A DNA stretch of 64,000 nt. Origin: Paramoeba atlantica (Eukaryota; Protista; Discosea). Below are positions 42,304 to 52,660 of this stretch, one piece after another. A program made the translations under genes and the position numbers. Numbering within the stretch: the stretch's first letter is position 1; each line of letters opens with the position of its first letter. The DNA lies in contig CDRNVI010000048.1 of the NCBI GenBank assembly GCA_977017575.1, positions 62,001 through 126,000 of the forward strand, read 5' to 3'. The notes under the pieces were generated by a model, which saw nothing but the letters and a program-made list of their open reading frames with translations, did no database searches and was not told the DNA's origin.

Positions 42304-43632
42304 CTACCCCCGATCTCGCAGCTTATAATACATTCGGTGATTCGCCACGGGTCCTTGTTTCCTCGAAATACTCATATTCCCGTGCCTTAGCTCATTAAGC
42401 GTTTCTCGCATGCTATCCCGGGCCCCCGGCGAGTGCTCGCCTCCCGCAACCCCCCCCTCCTCCACATCCCTCGTCTCCACCTCTGTATCTCTCCACACCG
42501 TCTCCCCCGCGCCACCCTCCCCCTCCCCCTTTTCCCTCCCCGAACTCGCCACCTCGAGCCGGGGCCCAAACGCCCCCCTCGGGACTGTATCCAACGTAAA
42601 CCTCCCCAGCCTCCCCACCCGGAAGTCATTCACCAGCATCTCATGCACCGTCTGCTGCTGCACAATATTCAGCTGCGACATCCCACTCCGCCCGCTGCGC
42701 TCCCCCACCAGCGCCACGCAGTCCGCAAAGTTCAGCGGGACGCGGGGGATACGCAGGCACGCGGCCAAGTGGTGGAGCATCCCGGACCGTTTCAGTAGCG
42801 TGAACACGGTCTGGGCCAGGCCCTCGATCGGGAGCGAGCACGCGTTGTAGGGGATCACCCCGAGCAGCGCGAGCCGGTTCCCCGCGTGGTGGCTGAAGCA
42901 CCCCGGGAGGGTCAGCCCGGGGGTGTCGCACAACGCGATCGGGGGGTCGAGGGAAACGGGGATGGTTTTGACCTGCCGCGTGGTGCAGGGGGCCATGTGG
43001 ACCTGTTGGCCGTCACGGGGACGTTTGGATTCCCCGCGCATGAATTGGTACTCGTGGGAGAGACGGAGGGCGTTGATGAGGGTGGATTTGCCGACGTTGG
43101 GCATGCCGACGAGGAGACCGAGGTGGGGGGCGGTGTGGAAGGGGACCGCGGGGACACAGGAGGCGACGAAACGGATGACGGCGTGGGTGGTGAGACGCCA
43201 GGCTTGTTGCGCACAGGTGAAGAGCACGTGGGAGCCTCGGTTTTCGTAGTATTGCGCAACGAGACGGTTGACGTGCTCGTTGGAGAGGTCGGCTTTGTTG
43301 AATACGATGAGACGGGGTTTGGCTTGGACCAGGGTGTCGATGTCAGGGTTTGCGGTGGTGAAGGGCAGACGCGCGTCGCGCACCTCAAGGACAAAGTCGA
43401 CATGGCGCATACGACGCTCGAGTTCCTGGCGAGCCACGTTCATGTGGCCGAGGTACCACGCCGGGCCGCGGTCGGTGAGGTCCAGGTGGGCTTCGTTGCT
43501 CATGGAGACGCTGTCGCAGCGTTGGCAGGATTCCCGATACTTCCGCTCTGCTTTTTTAACGTTGCGCATAAACGCTGGGTCGTACAGGTTGCGTAGCGGG
43601 AGGGAGGGGCGAACAAGACCAGATATCAGCAT
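42304..43632 (-). CDS. MTG1: Circularly permuted GTPase RbgA/Mtg1 (mitoribosome assembly)
   Basis: WYLGHM, LEVRDARLP, FNKADL, GMPNVGKSTLIN, DTPG; probable start MLISG at 43632. Confidence 0.9.
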   Translation of the reverse strand: MLISGLVRPSLPLRNLYDPAFMRNVKKAERKYRESCQRCDSVSMSNEAHLDLTDRGPAWYLGHMNVARQELERRMRHVDFVLEVRDARLPFTTANPDIDTLVQAKPRLIVFNKADLSNEHVNRLVAQYYENRGSHVLFTCAQQAWRLTTHAVIRFVASCVPAVPFHTAPHLGLLVGMPNVGKSTLINALRLSHEYQFMRGESKRPRDGQQVHMAPCTTRQVKTIPVSLDPPIALCDTPGLTLPGCFSHHAGNRLALLGVIPYNACSLPIEGLAQTVFTLLKRSGMLHHLAACLRIPRVPLNFADCVALVGERSGRSGMSQLNIVQQQTVHEMLVNDFRVGRLGRFTLDTVPRGAFGPRLEVASSGREKGEGEGGAGETVWRDTEVETRDVEEGGVAGGEHSPGARDSMRETLNELRHGNMSISRKQGPVANHRMYYKLRDRG

Positions 43633-43780
43633 AGCATAGAAAGAGAAAAAAGGGGTTGAGAAAACGTTTTTTTGGAGAGCTGATAATTCGGACTTAGAGA
43701 TACGAAGTCTAAACAATTACCTGCCGAATACACTCAAAAAGTGAACACCGGTTTGAAACTCGTGGATTAATCTCTCCCAA

Positions 43781-44938
43781 TTACCCATTCTTCACCTTTC
43801 GCTTCGCCTCCCGCTCTTTCATGATCCTTTCCGCATCCTCCTGCAACAGTGCCTGCCAGTCCAGTTCACTGGCCACGCCATCCCTCTCCTTCTCGAACGT
43901 TGCGGCGTCATACCCGTTCGAGATCCCCGAGTACAGCGCCCACGGCAGCGGCGTCACTCGGGACTTATCCAACGTGCACAGCTCCCCGCACCCGACAATC
44001 TCATAATCTCGTCGCGGGGCGGCACCAAACCCTGAACGGTTACGATGCATCCGTTCGACGACATCAAACCCCGCGAGTACGATCCCAAACACCTGCGGCA
44101 CCGCCTGCCCGGCTGCCGTGTGAATACAAAAATTCGGGCTCTGTTTATTCGGGGAGTAGGCCAGCGCGGTCAGTGCCCCCCTCCACGGCCCCGTCGACTG
44201 CCCATCCTCTCGCGGGAGATGCCGCGGGTTAAAATCCGGCACCCCATGCGTCATCTCCGCCCCCTGCCCGAACACCGCCACATTATGGTTCATCAGGGCC
44301 ATAAGTTTTTGACCGCGAAACGAGCCCCCGTCGGGGGCCGCGATCCCGCAACACAACCTGTGAAAGTACTCCGTGTACAACGGACACTGCTCCGTTAGCA
44401 AACCAAACACCACTCTCGAGGGGGGGTGTCCGTCCTCGGAGATATCAAAATAGGTCACGGCGCCAACACGCATCTGTGCGGGGACATTGGCCGTGCCTCG
44501 GATCTTTCGATCCGCGGCCACCGTGGAGTAATACACTAAAGCGACAAAGAAAATAAAAACAAGCAGCGTGATGAAATGGGTGAGACGACGGAGGTAGCGC
44601 AGGTACTGTGCGCGCTCCTCGGTCCAGGCCGTGAGCAGGAGCTCGAGCTCGGTGAAGAGTTTTCGGGGAAGGAACTCCTCGACCAGGATAAGGGGGAGAC
44701 GCTCGATGCGGATGAGAGCGTCGGTGCCTCGGGGGGTTAGGGCGTTGTGGGGGGCGGTGAGGTCGCGGGGTGGGGGTTTCGTGAGCGCAGGGACGGTGGT
44801 ACAGGCCCGTTTGGGGGTTGTGAGGGGGAGGAACCGGGGTGGGAGACTCCGTTGGGTGGCTGGGGCAATGGACCATATTTCGGATCGTAGGTAAAGAGAG
44901 GTCCCGCGCAAGGTCGTTCTTGAAAAGTTCCGAAACAT
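43781..44938 (-). CDS. Degenerate cyclophilin-like protein with presequence and one TM
   Basis: VTYFDISEDGHPPSRVVFGL..CPLYTEYFHRLC..SFRG; QVFGIVLAGFDVVERM. Confidence 0.7.
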   Translation of the reverse strand: MFRNFSRTTLRGTSLYLRSEIWSIAPATQRSLPPRFLPLTTPKRACTTVPALTKPPPRDLTAPHNALTPRGTDALIRIERLPLILVEEFLPRKLFTELELLLTAWTEERAQYLRYLRRLTHFITLLVFIFFVALVYYSTVAADRKIRGTANVPAQMRVGAVTYFDISEDGHPPSRVVFGLLTEQCPLYTEYFHRLCCGIAAPDGGSFRGQKLMALMNHNVAVFGQGAEMTHGVPDFNPRHLPREDGQSTGPWRGALTALAYSPNKQSPNFCIHTAAGQAVPQVFGIVLAGFDVVERMHRNRSGFGAAPRRDYEIVGCGELCTLDKSRVTPLPWALYSGISNGYDAATFEKERDGVASELDWQALLQEDAERIMKEREAKRKVKNG

Positions 44939-45126
44939 GGGAATGAGAAATGTTGAAAAGGGGTAGTTTTTTCTAAAATTCGTATGGAAATTACTCCGTG
45001 CTCAAGAATGTGAGGTTTCTCAAACTCTCTTTATTTCTATCAAACAAAAACATTTATTAAATTTTTATGACTGATTGGCAAGGCGGTAAGCAAGACTGGA
45101 AAAAAGAATGTCTCACATTTTTCAGC

Positions 45127-46425
45127 TCATATCATTTTTAGTGCTAGGCACCGAGTGACGCCATGTTCGTCCAGCTGTGCCTGGTTGATATACATAGGAG
45201 CGAAGGAGTTGATCTGACTCACTATGGACGCACCGCACCACGCGGAGTGTGAGCCATGCTGACTGGACAGAAAAGTCGGGTGAGCTCTCATGTGACTTGT
45301 TGGCTTCTTGTTTTGTGACAAAAGCAAAGGTTCCAACTCATGTTGCAGCCGATGCGAAAAGTTTTTAATGTAGTGTAGGCCACCGCCACAGGTAAGAACG
45401 GTACTTGCCAAAGCATCTCGCGTGAGTGGGGATACTTGGGAGAGCGTATGCACAACAAGGTCTTGTACACTGCGGGGTACCGACAGAGAGTGTTGATTTT
45501 CCTCCTGAAGGGCATTGGGGTGCCAGTGAGTCAGCTTACCGAAGAACGTACACGAGTCCGGGCTCGAGAGATCGAGTGGTTGAAACAAAGGCTCTGTTAA
45601 ACCAAAACGTTCCAGGCCCAATTGAATTCGACACCCGTCAGGTAGGACGCATTCCGACTTCTTTCGCAAAAAATGTCTTGATAGTGGAAAAAGCGGTGTT
45701 TTGTCAAACACTTCCAAGCACTGATGTTTCACCTTGGTAAGAAGCGCGTCCTTCATTAACAAAGAATATCTAGAAAAGGGATCTATCCCGTCTTCCGGTG
45801 AGATGGGCTGTCTAGGGCACAGAAGACGTTGTAGTGCCAAAGTGATGTCCAGCCCTCCAAGTGGAATATCGGATTCAGTTCTTCTCAATGTATACCCCTC
45901 ATGCACTGCAACACACGAGGTAGTTGTGTTTCCCCCTTCAAGGACCACTCCAGTAGCCCGACCAACAGAGAAGCATTGCGCGGAGGCTGAAGAGACCAAT
46001 GCGACAGTGTAAATGTTGTTGCACGTGAGAAGAGATTGCAAGAGACTTTCGCACTGGTTACGGTCATACTCTCGAGGTGCTACCACCACAAGTGGGGGAG
46101 TAAAATTACAGGACTCTGTGGGGGTGAAGGCTTCCTGTGAAAGATAGCGGTGCTTTTCTGACGTGGTGTGAATAAACTGGGCAAGAGTATCAGGCTCCAT
46201 TTTCCGATGCCATGTGGATTCGTTGCAGGGTGCTTCGATACTGTTTGTAGTCGTCGACGGGTCAAAATTTTCTGTGACATAATTCTCTATGCAAGGATGC
46301 CGTAGCGTGCGTGGACTGTAGTAGGCATTCAGGCCTGCGCGAAAAGTGTGAGACCCGGGGTCTACAATGAGCGATAAGGTAGTATCGCGGGCAAAGGTGT
46401 GGTGAATCACTGTAGGTTCTGTCAT
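45127..46425 (-). CDS. Actin-related protein
   Basis: IVDPGSHTFRAG, VLEGGNTTT..VHEGY, LPDG..LGLERF..EPLFQP, AWCGASI. Confidence 0.9.
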   Translation of the reverse strand: MTEPTVIHHTFARDTTLSLIVDPGSHTFRAGLNAYYSPRTLRHPCIENYVTENFDPSTTTNSIEAPCNESTWHRKMEPDTLAQFIHTTSEKHRYLSQEAFTPTESCNFTPPLVVVAPREYDRNQCESLLQSLLTCNNIYTVALVSSASAQCFSVGRATGVVLEGGNTTTSCVAVHEGYTLRRTESDIPLGGLDITLALQRLLCPRQPISPEDGIDPFSRYSLLMKDALLTKVKHQCLEVFDKTPLFPLSRHFLRKKSECVLPDGCRIQLGLERFGLTEPLFQPLDLSSPDSCTFFGKLTHWHPNALQEENQHSLSVPRSVQDLVVHTLSQVSPLTRDALASTVLTCGGGLHYIKNFSHRLQHELEPLLLSQNKKPTSHMRAHPTFLSSQHGSHSAWCGASIVSQINSFAPMYINQAQLDEHGVTRCLALKMI

Positions 46426-46930
46426 CTATGAACAGAGTGCTTCCGTGGCATTCGTTTAATAGTACGAAAGTGGGCTAGAAATAATGTTGGTAATCTAATG
46501 GTATCGTAAAAGAGTGGCTGGATCAACTACTTAGTGACAAAAATCACATCTGAGCAATTTTTCTTAATCAAATAAAAAATATGGAAAAACGAATAGCAAA
46601 GCTAGAAATTGTTTGATAATGGTGTGTAAAGCAAAAAATAGTTCGCTTTGATAAATGAAGAAACTTAATTCCGCAATCAAGTTGATTGCACTTGCTGCTA
46701 TTGATTCCTTAGCAGTAAGAGATGCACCGCCCGAGCCTCGCGCAAAAGCATATCAAGGAAATTTGAGCCCGTCAAAGCCCGTCAAGTTTAAAGCCCGTCA
46801 AAGCCCAGATTTCACTTCACAGCCCAATTGTTCGCCATTATATCATACTTAACTTAGCACACTACGCACTATATGTATGGAAGATACATGGAAAACCATC
46901 GGTATCCCGTTTTATTCAAGATCTCCCAAT

Positions 46931-48445
46931 CTAACAGATGCTAATCACCCGGGTCTGGTTCGCAAACCCCTTCGTCTTAGAATCCGCATGGACACAGACC
47001 GCAAGGTCCCCAGGGGCCAAAAAGCCTAGCGACTTGGCTCCCTCTGTCACCTTCGCAACTCGCTTCTCCTTGTCCATGTCCCCTCCCATTTGGTCGGCGT
47101 CATAGAACACTGGAAACACAGCGCGCACAATCGCGAGCTGTCGGCACACAGTCTCTGAGGCACTGACACACACAATCGGGCATGGCGGGTGGTATTTGGC
47201 AATCAGTCGCGCGGTCTTGCCTGTGTTCGTGAGCACTAAAATCGCCCGCGCACGCAACTCCAAGGCGCTGTTCACGGCGGAACACGCCACGGACTCCTCG
47301 GTGAGCATGGGAACACTCTGAAGGTGCTTGATGGAGGAAAACATGATACCCTCACAGGTCACCGCCTGGGCCTCCTTGCAAATACGGGACATAACATTTA
47401 CCACGGTGTTGGGGTAGAGCCCTTTGGCAGTCTCCCCACTTAGCATTACGCAGTCTGCACCGTCCAGGACGGCGTTGGCGACGTCGCTGACCTCCGCACG
47501 GGTGGGACGAGGATTCTTCGTCATGGACTCCAGCATTTGCGTGGCACAGATCACCGGCTTTCCTGCAATGTTACATTTCGCAATAATCATTTTCTGCGCG
47601 ACGAATACTTTCTCGGGGTCGATCTCCACCCCGAGGTCACCTCGAGCAACCATAATCCCGTCACTGGCGGCAATAATTTCGTCAATGTTGTGCAGCCCCT
47701 GGTGGTTCTCAATCTTACTAATGACGAGAACATCATCCCGTCCGAGCGCCGCACGTACCTCGCGCACCTGTGAGGCATTACGAATAAACGAAGCAAACAC
47801 CATATCCACTCCGATCTTCGAGGCCCACTGCAAATCCCGTCGGTCCTTGTCCGAGACCGCGGGCAAATCCACATCCTTGTTCGGAAGGTTGCACCCTTTT
47901 TTTGAGGACAGCGTCGAGGGGATGATCACGACAACATCCAGATAGTCCGTCCCGACTGCCGTGACTTCGAGCCCCAGCAGCCCGTCATCGACATAAATCC
48001 GGTCCCCGATGCCCATCACCGTAGTAAGGCTCTCACAGTCAATAAACAACATGTCCCGGTTTCCCTTCTCCCGCCACGCGGGGTCCGTGGTGAGTCGCAT
48101 CTTGTGGTTCTTCTCCAGCGTGATCTCCCCCTCCGGGATCACGCCCGTTCGAATCTCCGGGCCCCGCGTGTCCAGCGCAATCCCCACGTGCACGCCGAGA
48201 TCCTTGGAGGCCTTGCGGGCATTCGCGACCGTGCGCCCGTGGAACTCCTCATCGCCATGGGAGAAGTTCATCCGGACGACATTCATCCCCTCGGAGATGA
48301 GGCCGTGGATGGACTCGTAGGACTGGGTGTTGGGGCCGATGGTGCAGATGATCTTGTTGGCACGGAACGCGGCCTGGGGGTTGCGGTAGACGTCGAGCTC
48401 CGCGTTGTGCTCGGATTGAGATTTCGGGGTCACAGAAAAGGACAT
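46931..48445 (-). CDS. PK: Pyruvate kinase, trypanosomatid-like N-terminus
   Basis: SQSEHN..RANKIICTIGP, RMNFSHG, DTRGPEIRTG, KIENHQG, GIMVARGDLGVE; probable start MSFSV at 48445 (504 aa). Confidence 0.97.
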   Translation of the reverse strand: MSFSVTPKSQSEHNAELDVYRNPQAAFRANKIICTIGPNTQSYESIHGLISEGMNVVRMNFSHGDEEFHGRTVANARKASKDLGVHVGIALDTRGPEIRTGVIPEGEITLEKNHKMRLTTDPAWREKGNRDMLFIDCESLTTVMGIGDRIYVDDGLLGLEVTAVGTDYLDVVVIIPSTLSSKKGCNLPNKDVDLPAVSDKDRRDLQWASKIGVDMVFASFIRNASQVREVRAALGRDDVLVISKIENHQGLHNIDEIIAASDGIMVARGDLGVEIDPEKVFVAQKMIIAKCNIAGKPVICATQMLESMTKNPRPTRAEVSDVANAVLDGADCVMLSGETAKGLYPNTVVNVMSRICKEAQAVTCEGIMFSSIKHLQSVPMLTEESVACSAVNSALELRARAILVLTNTGKTARLIAKYHPPCPIVCVSASETVCRQLAIVRAVFPVFYDADQMGGDMDKEKRVAKVTEGAKSLGFLAPGDLAVCVHADSKTKGFANQTRVISIC

Positions 48446-48717
48446 GGGAGGTGGGGGTAAAGAAGGAAGGAAAAAATGGGAAGGAAGAGCTAGAAACGTT
48501 TCATGGGTAGATTGATTGGAACAAAAAATTACCAATATTCTTTTGGACACGTACGGTAGATACACTAGTTTTGTTTCCGGATTTACTAGACAAGTGCCAC
48601 AATATAAAGTTGCTTAAAATGCTAATACATGTATGTGACAATGCCTAGCAGAACGATGTGCACTGTTGATAGGACTACTGTTTGTGATGTAAACATTCCT
48701 TCACATTCCGGTTACTC

Positions 48718-49281
48718 CTAACCATTCGAAGGGAGTAACACGGAACTTCCGGGGTGAAATGCAATACGAGGTACATGTTTGGCCCCGGGCAACGACACTA
48801 CATTTGTGTTTAACCTCTCCCCAGAAGGGTAGAATGCCTCCGGGGGTTTTTCTAGAGATTGATTTTCAATCTGTTCAGATTTATCTTCCACAGCGGCTCG
48901 TGGGGTGTAGTTCACCCATGATACCATATTGGGGAACGGGTGAACGCGCAGGGGCTGGAATTGTCTGGGTCGTATCAGTCGCTCATAGCACTTTGCGCAC
49001 TGCAGCGTGTTAGCTCGAAAGTCGCAAGCCAGGATATCCGCGGTGACGCCCATGCGCCCACACCGGGAACAATTAAACCGAACATGGGAGTCCAGCTGAT
49101 AGAGCGTGTGCGTGGAGCCGTGCGCGTTCGCATCCGGGGGGAGCGGCTTCTCACGTCGCGGCCACTCAATGAGCTGAGCTGCGGAGAGGGTGGGTAATCC
49201 TTGTAGAGCCTGCAGGCCCACGTTAACACGATCCGTCATACTTGGGGTTTTCGTCTTTTGACGCTCACGTTTGTGAGACAT
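48718..49281 (-). CDS. C4 zinc-ribbon hypothetical protein
   Basis: FNCSRC...CAKC. Confidence 0.65.
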   Translation of the reverse strand: MSHKRERQKTKTPSMTDRVNVGLQALQGLPTLSAAQLIEWPRREKPLPPDANAHGSTHTLYQLDSHVRFNCSRCGRMGVTADILACDFRANTLQCAKCYERLIRPRQFQPLRVHPFPNMVSWVNYTPRAAVEDKSEQIENQSLEKPPEAFYPSGERLNTNVVSLPGAKHVPRIAFHPGSSVLLPSNG

Positions 49282-49465
49282 GGGTGAGCGGAATAATGTA
49301 GTAAATGAATTGCTCTTAATTTTTTCATGAACTCAATATTATAAAAAAGTAGATATACATGATGTAGATATGCAGATGTACTGTTGATGTATGATGTATG
49401 TTTTGGAGAACAATCTTTTCAAATGGGCTTACAGTGTGCCAAGTTGGTAAAGTCCCAATAAATGA

Positions 49466-49855
49466 TTTTCCAAAAATGTTAAAGTTTTCTCGCAACAAAC
49501 TGAATTGAGACCAGACGGGTGGGTGAAGTTGCACAACGGGTCGGAATACATCATTGAGCTGACTTCCCCTTGGGAAGAAAACTTCACAGACGCACACGAG
49601 CGTAAGGTTCGTAAATACTCTCACATCTATAACGAGAGGAAATTAGAAAACCCTTCCACTTTCCTCCTGCTTTTTGAAGTTGGGGCAAGAGGAAAGTTAA
49701 ACGCCACAACCCGCGCGCTGAACTCTCTCTTCGGAGGATGCAAGAGCCTTGCCTCCGAGTGCAGGGAGAGAATGGTCCAGCGGGCACTCCGGGGAAGCTT
49801 TGTTATCTACCAGCACCGCGACAACCCCACGTGGGAGGTGCAAAGCTTCCAATAA
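49466..49855 (+). mobile_element. Restriction-like endonuclease (RLE) domain and 3' end of a non-LTR retrotransposon
   Basis: LRPDG..IIELTSPWEE..AHERKVRKY..FEVGARG; small hairpins in the downstream 3' UTR. Confidence 0.85.
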
Positions 49856-50326
49856 AGTGGTAATCCCCGAGTAAGTAGCACGTTTTGAGCGTGCTTACCT
49901 ACCTAGGGCTAATCTCTGCAGTAATAACTGCATGATTAATATACTATGCGCAACAAACCCAAAATTCAACACTGAATAGGGAGGGTAGCGCTCAATAGTA
50001 AATAGGGGAGATGGTAGTTACTTTTTCCCATTCTTTTTCCCTTTTCGAGGGTTTCGCCTAAACAAATGTCAATAAAAAAATGTCAATCTGTCATTGATTT
50101 CATTTTATCTCCTTTGTTAAATTATGACAACGGACAACCACACACAACTTGCACTGGAAAACGTCGTCCAAGACTTACTTCCAACTAGAAATGCACAGCT
50201 AACAAGGGAACAGAGTTACCCTTAATAGTTACCCAAAATCGGTGATAACGACAAAAAAAAACTATTCCGGTACCCATGATAATTGCACCTTTTAAAAAAG
50301 GGAAGCACGAATTTCCAGGAACGAAA

Positions 50327-50563
50327 CTATGCAACGAATAATTCAAGCACGTAAAGAAACCTGGCGGCAGCTGTAAGGTAGACACATTGCCTTGGGAGGT
50401 CTCTCAGCTTCACGAGAAAAGATGCCACTTTCGGCACCTTAGAATTAAACCACCTCTCCTTTACGGTTGCCGACTCCCCAATGTTGGCCGCAAGGAGTTT
50501 CACCCCATCCGGGAAATGCTCCATTTTGGTGTCTACGAACTCGTTGTATAGCTCGTGAGGGGA
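50327..50563 (-). mobile_element. CRE/SLACS-like RT-thumb fragment
   Basis: GVKLLAANIG..ERWFNSKV..LVKLRDLPRQC..RFLY resembles CRE-clade sequence after the RT core. Confidence 0.5.
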
Positions 50564-50867
50564 TTACGAGTCCCGGGTCTCTTCATCTACACATGGCAAC
50601 TGCATCTCGGGTCTCTGCAGCTACACGTGACAAGCTCTCTGCACGTGGGCCGCCAGCTCTCCGCACACATCCACCTCCGGCGAGGGCAACCCCTCACGCG
50701 ATCCACCCGTCGTGTGTGGGTAAGGATATTGTGCGAATTATCTCTGTACTACAAGTGGATAAAAAAAACTTATCTGCAGCTATAGCCCTCCGAACATATT
50801 GTCTACATACCCATCCATAGCCTACCTACCCACCATTGAACTTCTAGTCTTATCCGAAATTATGGTT

Positions 50868-52547
50868 TTATCCGAAATTACCGGAATCGGTTATTTCAAT
50901 AATTGAATTATCTGCAACTCCGTAGTAGTGGAGGTCTCGGACATCGTCGTTTATCTCTACTCCTGAATGAGAGGAAGCCTGTTCTCGTAATGAGAGCCTT
51001 TGATATTGTGGTGGAATGGCGAATAGTGTGCGAACAAGTCTTTTGAGCTGAAGTATTGACATGTTCAAAGAAAGAGCTTTTTGTATATCACTTTGACTTA
51101 TGGTCACTGGCCGTAATATGACTTTTACCAATCGATCCATACCCCGCTGATTGTGTACTTTGTTTTGGCCTGCATTATTTGCCATGTCCGTGGAATTCAT
51201 CATAGTACGAAGAACTGCATTGTGTGTTTCGTAATGGCAAAACCAAGGAGATGTAGTCTGCGCAAGCACTTTCGCCTGATCCACCAAAAAGTTCGACATT
51301 TTTACCTTTTGCTTCTGGTGTGCATTCTGTACTTCTGGTGTGCATTCTGTCGTCCCTAGACATGAAAGCCCGAGGTCTTGGTTAATGCGTTTCGCTGCGT
51401 CTACGTAAAACTTTGCCATTTCTTTTCTTTCCGTATGTTGAATCGAACTGCCATTCAGCATCTCAAGCTTTGGAATCTGACATGCAATCGCAATGCGTTG
51501 TAAGCGCATCTCGTGATTTCCTAGTACAGATCTACAAAAGGTTGTATACGTCAATCTAAGGCATTTCAATTTTTGAATTACTCCAAGGTGACGAATACTC
51601 CAATAAGAACTGAGATCCGAATTCTCTGGTTCGAATGGACAGTTTTCAATAGAGAGTGATTCAAGGTACGGAAGTGCAGCGCCAAGGTATTCTAGCTCAT
51701 AGAAATTCGTGAAAGCGTTTCCCGTAAGCATTAAATTTTTTGTACATGGAAAGAAGCGAAGTGCCAAAGCTAAATCTCTCCACGAGTGAAGTTCATTATT
51801 GCTCAGATTTAATAAGCATAAGGAACTGCACTTTTCATCATTTTCTGGTTCAGAATTGCTGAGTTCTCTCAAATGATTGCTTTCTAGATGAAGTTCTCGA
51901 AGTGCACTAAAATTTGGAATCTGAGTAACGATGTCATTCCATTCTATTGCACAGTTGTTCAAAATAACTGTATGCAGCTGTTTAAATCCAGATAAGTTTT
52001 CTACAGAAGACGTATATGGCCAAATGCGTTTCTGATCGTCTTCAACCTCCGATGGCCATGTCTTCGAGTGATCCGTTTTCTCTGCAGCCCAACTTTCAGT
52101 GTTTCCACAAACAGAAAATTTCATTCGATGAGCACACCTTGAGATATGAAGCAACCTTAGTTGCGGTAAAGCGGTTATCAGCTTTTGGATATCCTTCCAA
52201 TAATGTACTACGGGCTCTTCCAAGTATAATTCCTTTAGTAATGGAAGCCTATCAGATATCCCATCTATTTGATCCTCCATCTCATGGAGAGTAACCCTTT
52301 GGAGAGTAGCTACCCGAAGCTTATGCAGTGCAGATTGTCGAGTAAACGTTTTATCCATTCCTATTAACGTCCAGTTCGGGTGTGAAATATGAGTTGCTGC
52401 ATCGTTGGGGCCGTTAGATGAGCTGAAAAGAGAGTTATCCAGGTATGGACTCGCATACCTATCCTTGACAGCTTCAAGAAAAGAAAGGGGTGCGCATGAA
52501 GTCATTCGATAAGAATATTTCTGAGGTCCTATATCTGATATCAACAT
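50868..52547 (-). CDS. Tubulin-folding cofactor E-like (LRR + ubiquitin-like), no CAP-Gly
   Basis: SFLEAVKDRY at N-terminus, LRRs, C-terminal UBL (MSILQLKRLV..DLHYYGV); probable start 52505. Confidence 0.8.
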   Translation of the reverse strand: MLISDIGPQKYSYRMTSCAPLSFLEAVKDRYASPYLDNSLFSSSNGPNDAATHISHPNWTLIGMDKTFTRQSALHKLRVATLQRVTLHEMEDQIDGISDRLPLLKELYLEEPVVHYWKDIQKLITALPQLRLLHISRCAHRMKFSVCGNTESWAAEKTDHSKTWPSEVEDDQKRIWPYTSSVENLSGFKQLHTVILNNCAIEWNDIVTQIPNFSALRELHLESNHLRELSNSEPENDEKCSSLCLLNLSNNELHSWRDLALALRFFPCTKNLMLTGNAFTNFYELEYLGAALPYLESLSIENCPFEPENSDLSSYWSIRHLGVIQKLKCLRLTYTTFCRSVLGNHEMRLQRIAIACQIPKLEMLNGSSIQHTERKEMAKFYVDAAKRINQDLGLSCLGTTECTPEVQNAHQKQKVKMSNFLVDQAKVLAQTTSPWFCHYETHNAVLRTMMNSTDMANNAGQNKVHNQRGMDRLVKVILRPVTISQSDIQKALSLNMSILQLKRLVRTLFAIPPQYQRLSLREQASSHSGVEINDDVRDLHYYGVADNSIIEITDSGNFG

Positions 52548-52660
52548 TATATGTTTGTTAATTCTACAATCTAATAGATTCGGGTAATTTGAATATCTTT
52601 ACGAAAGTTATTGTTTGAGTTATTTACCTCTCGGCATATTATCAGGTTATACAGCCCGTG

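Noticed and set aside
42387-48460. Many long antisense and alternate-frame ORFs over the GC-rich genes
   Set aside because: Shadow ORFs expected from high GC; low-complexity translations with no motifs
49860-50320. Spliced-leader RNA gene near the retroelement fragments
   Set aside because: No CAGTTTCTGTACT-type SL core seen on either strand
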